From: Callorhinchus milii
Lineage: Eukaryota
Assembly: GCF_018977255.1 (NCBI RefSeq)
Contig: NW_024704743.1
Location: forward strand, 55,802,001-55,866,000
Direction of reading: 5' to 3'
Length of the DNA: 64,000 bases
The translations under genes were made by a program, and so were the position numbers. How positions within the stretch are numbered: the first letter of the stretch is position 1; each line of letters opens with the position of its first letter. Positions 61,785 through 64,000 of this stretch are shown here, piece by piece. Under the pieces are notes generated by a model, which worked only from the letters and a program-made list of their open reading frames with translations, made no database searches and was not told the origin of the DNA.

Positions 61785-61907
61785 ATGGTCTTGTATTTGG
61801 ACTCCAATTTGTCCCTTTCACAGGGATTTCGGCTCATGTTTTACGCCTTGACCCCAAATGAAACTATGTTCAAAGAGATCGAGGAAGTGCCTGACTACGT
61901 AGATCAG
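61785..61907 (+). CDS. AGMO: Alkylglycerol monooxygenase, coding exon 1 (123 nt, phase 0)
   Basis: Manual translation MVLYLDSNLSLSQGFRLMFYALTPNETMFKEIEEVPDYVDQ resembles the AGMO N-terminus (SQGFR.FY...ET.F...EEVPDYV). In-frame TAA upstream at 61761. Donor CAG|gtgagg. Position next to MEOX2 fits known synteny. Confidence 0.92.
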
Positions 61908-63485
61908 GTGAGGAGATGATAGTAAATGCTGTCAACATATCTTTCTTTTAAAGGCCTGTTGGTCTATCAAGTTGTAGAATAGAAACACTTCTGTGACAGT
62001 AGTTTATACACAGAGCTTCTGGGGTGAAACATTTGTTGCTGAATATAAAATACGTTACCAAATAAGTTATTAAATATGAAATATGTTACTGAAAATTTAC
62101 GATAATACTAAATATGAAAATGGCTGTTACCTGGGGTGAGAGTTTTGTGTAGAACAACAAATTATGTCACTAGATGATTATAACATTGCTGGCGTTAACT
62201 CTTTCAGTATCACATCTTTATAATTTGGACCTATCCAACTCTAGGCATTGGGGACGCAAGGCTGCGTCTGAATTGAGCTGAGGGAGCAGGAGCTGAGGGC
62301 ATTTGTGAGCAGGAAATGGGAATGGGAAATCCTAACCAGACTGAACCAACATAAAAAGATTTTGACATTTATCTGGTCTACCTGCAGAAAGCACTCACTG
62401 TGTCACCCACTTCATAGAGGATACACTTCCACAGTGTGATATCCCCTTGAATTTCCACTCTGTCCAAGGCCTTATAAAAATCATAGTTATTAATGAATAA
62501 TGTGCGAAATACAGGTTACTTGATGATAGAGTTGGAGGGGGTTCCATGGGAGGGTAGATACAGTGATGATCTATTCACCAAATTAACTACCCGAGTAACC
62601 AGGTATCTCAGCACGACTGAGGAGTGGTACCTGAGGAGGATCTATAAAGGAGATTGTAATAAAACTGTGCCAGTCACCATAAGGTGACATGTAAGTAGTT
62701 ACATTCTAACATTAGGATCACTCGCAATAAATGTAAATCACTGCCCTCAACATTTATAGTACAGCAAGGGTTCAGGAATTTGAGCTGTATAACAATGATC
62801 CATTCAATGTTTAAGAAAATCATATTGAAATGAAGGCACAGATGGTTTTAGATGATTTCCTGGGAAAGAAGAGTCTCCAGTATAATGCATTGTATCTTTT
62901 CAGGTCAGGAAGTGTTTCTCAGTAGTGCTGTGTCTGCCTAGATTTATAATAGAGGAAGTACTTCTCTTTCCTTTCCATTTAATTATTTTAACCTCTGTGC
63001 CCCTCTATTTCAAAACTAACCAAAGAACGCAACTCAGCGCAGGAGTATTGTCTGGTACAGTACTGAATAGAGCAATACGCATACAAGGTGGAAGCTCCTC
63101 ATGAGCTTGTGCCAACTGAGGCTTAGAGTGGCTTAGCTATCTAGGAGGGCAAAACACCAGGGCAGAGGTAAAAAAAAAGAGGTATTATTCTTAAATATTT
63201 CCCCTTGAATTTCCACTCTATCTGCAAGGCCTAGTTGTTTGTGGTAATTATTCTTTTCAGATTCTAGTCTATCATCACACAATTGTACTGAAAATACAGT
63301 ACAAAAATGTCATCTCTGCTATTATAACTTAAATACTATGGATAAAGATTTAAGGCAAAGAAACTATTCTAATTATTAAACTTCACAGCCTTACTGCAGT
63401 TCATTAACTGGCAACAAAATGTTGTGATATCAATAATTAATTTAGTAAGTGCTGGATTGATAATGTTCCTGGTTATCTTTTGCAG

Positions 63486-63616
63486 GCTACTCCCTATTTT
63501 GTTGGATTAATGATCATAGAGCTAGTGGTCACCTGGCTTAAAGAGGGTCAAGGAGCCTATCGAGTGAACGATGCACTAACTTCCATCAGTGCAGGTGTCC
63601 TTTCTCGGCTTCCATA
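63486..63616 (+). CDS. AGMO: AGMO coding exon 2 (131 nt, ends phase 2); gene continues beyond the window
   Basis: Acceptor tatcttttgcag|. Translation ATPYFVGLMIIELVVTWLKEGQGAYRVNDALTSISAGVLSRLP matches AGMO (ATP.F...ELVV.W...DALTSISAGVLSRLP). Donor TA|gtaagt. Confidence 0.94.
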
Positions 63617-63844
63617 GTAAGTGCTGCAATATGTCCTTTCACAGCTCTCTGAGGAATACATTACAGATAATGCAAACAGCTTCCAAATGTTTTGCCAATG
63701 AAGGTTGATTTAAACCCGCTGGGATATGAAACTAAGATTTCCCATTGTAACAAAATAAGGTGTGGAATTGGGGGGGTTGGTGGGGGGTGGGAGGGGCATG
63801 AATAGGAGGAGAAAGCAGGAGAATTCAAGAAAATCAGCATTCTG

Positions 63845-63985
63845 AAATAATCCTGCATCCTTATATCTGATATAATCCTTTTCACGTCACAAGGACGTCT
63901 CAAAGCGCTTCACAGGATTTACTATAAAGTGTAGTGACTGTGTAAAGTGGCTGCTGTGTTCGCCTTCATATACACAGTCATAACA
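63845..63985 (-). mobile_element. Deu-type SINE tail
   Basis: ttttcacgtc...ggacgtctcaaagcgcttcacag. Confidence 0.7.
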
Positions 63986-64000
63986 CTTGAGAGTAAATCT

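Overview
Vertebrate genomic DNA, most likely a cartilaginous fish (shark or chimaera), inferred from the SINE/CR1/L2/Penelope repeat content and the protein divergence. The window holds one complete three-exon homeobox gene, MEOX2 (+ strand, CDS 6833-7349, 11974-12146, 40608-40838; 306 aa). About 21 kb downstream on the same strand are the first two coding exons of AGMO (61785-61907, 63486-63616), which are too short for the ORF track. This matches the MEOX2-AGMO neighbourhood known in tetrapods. A CpG-rich domain (~2.6-14 kb) covers the MEOX2 5' end. The rest is AT-rich intron/intergenic DNA full of tRNA-headed Deu-type SINEs, CR1 and L2 LINE 3' fragments, palindromic MITE-like elements, one internally deleted mariner with intact TIRs, and two Penelope-type ends carrying decayed minimal hammerhead ribozyme cores. 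Almost all other listed ORFs are repeat-derived or chance. I found no convincing new multi-gene system; the best leads are non-coding. Repeat family names are recognised from memory, not from a database search, and most repeat boundaries are approximate.
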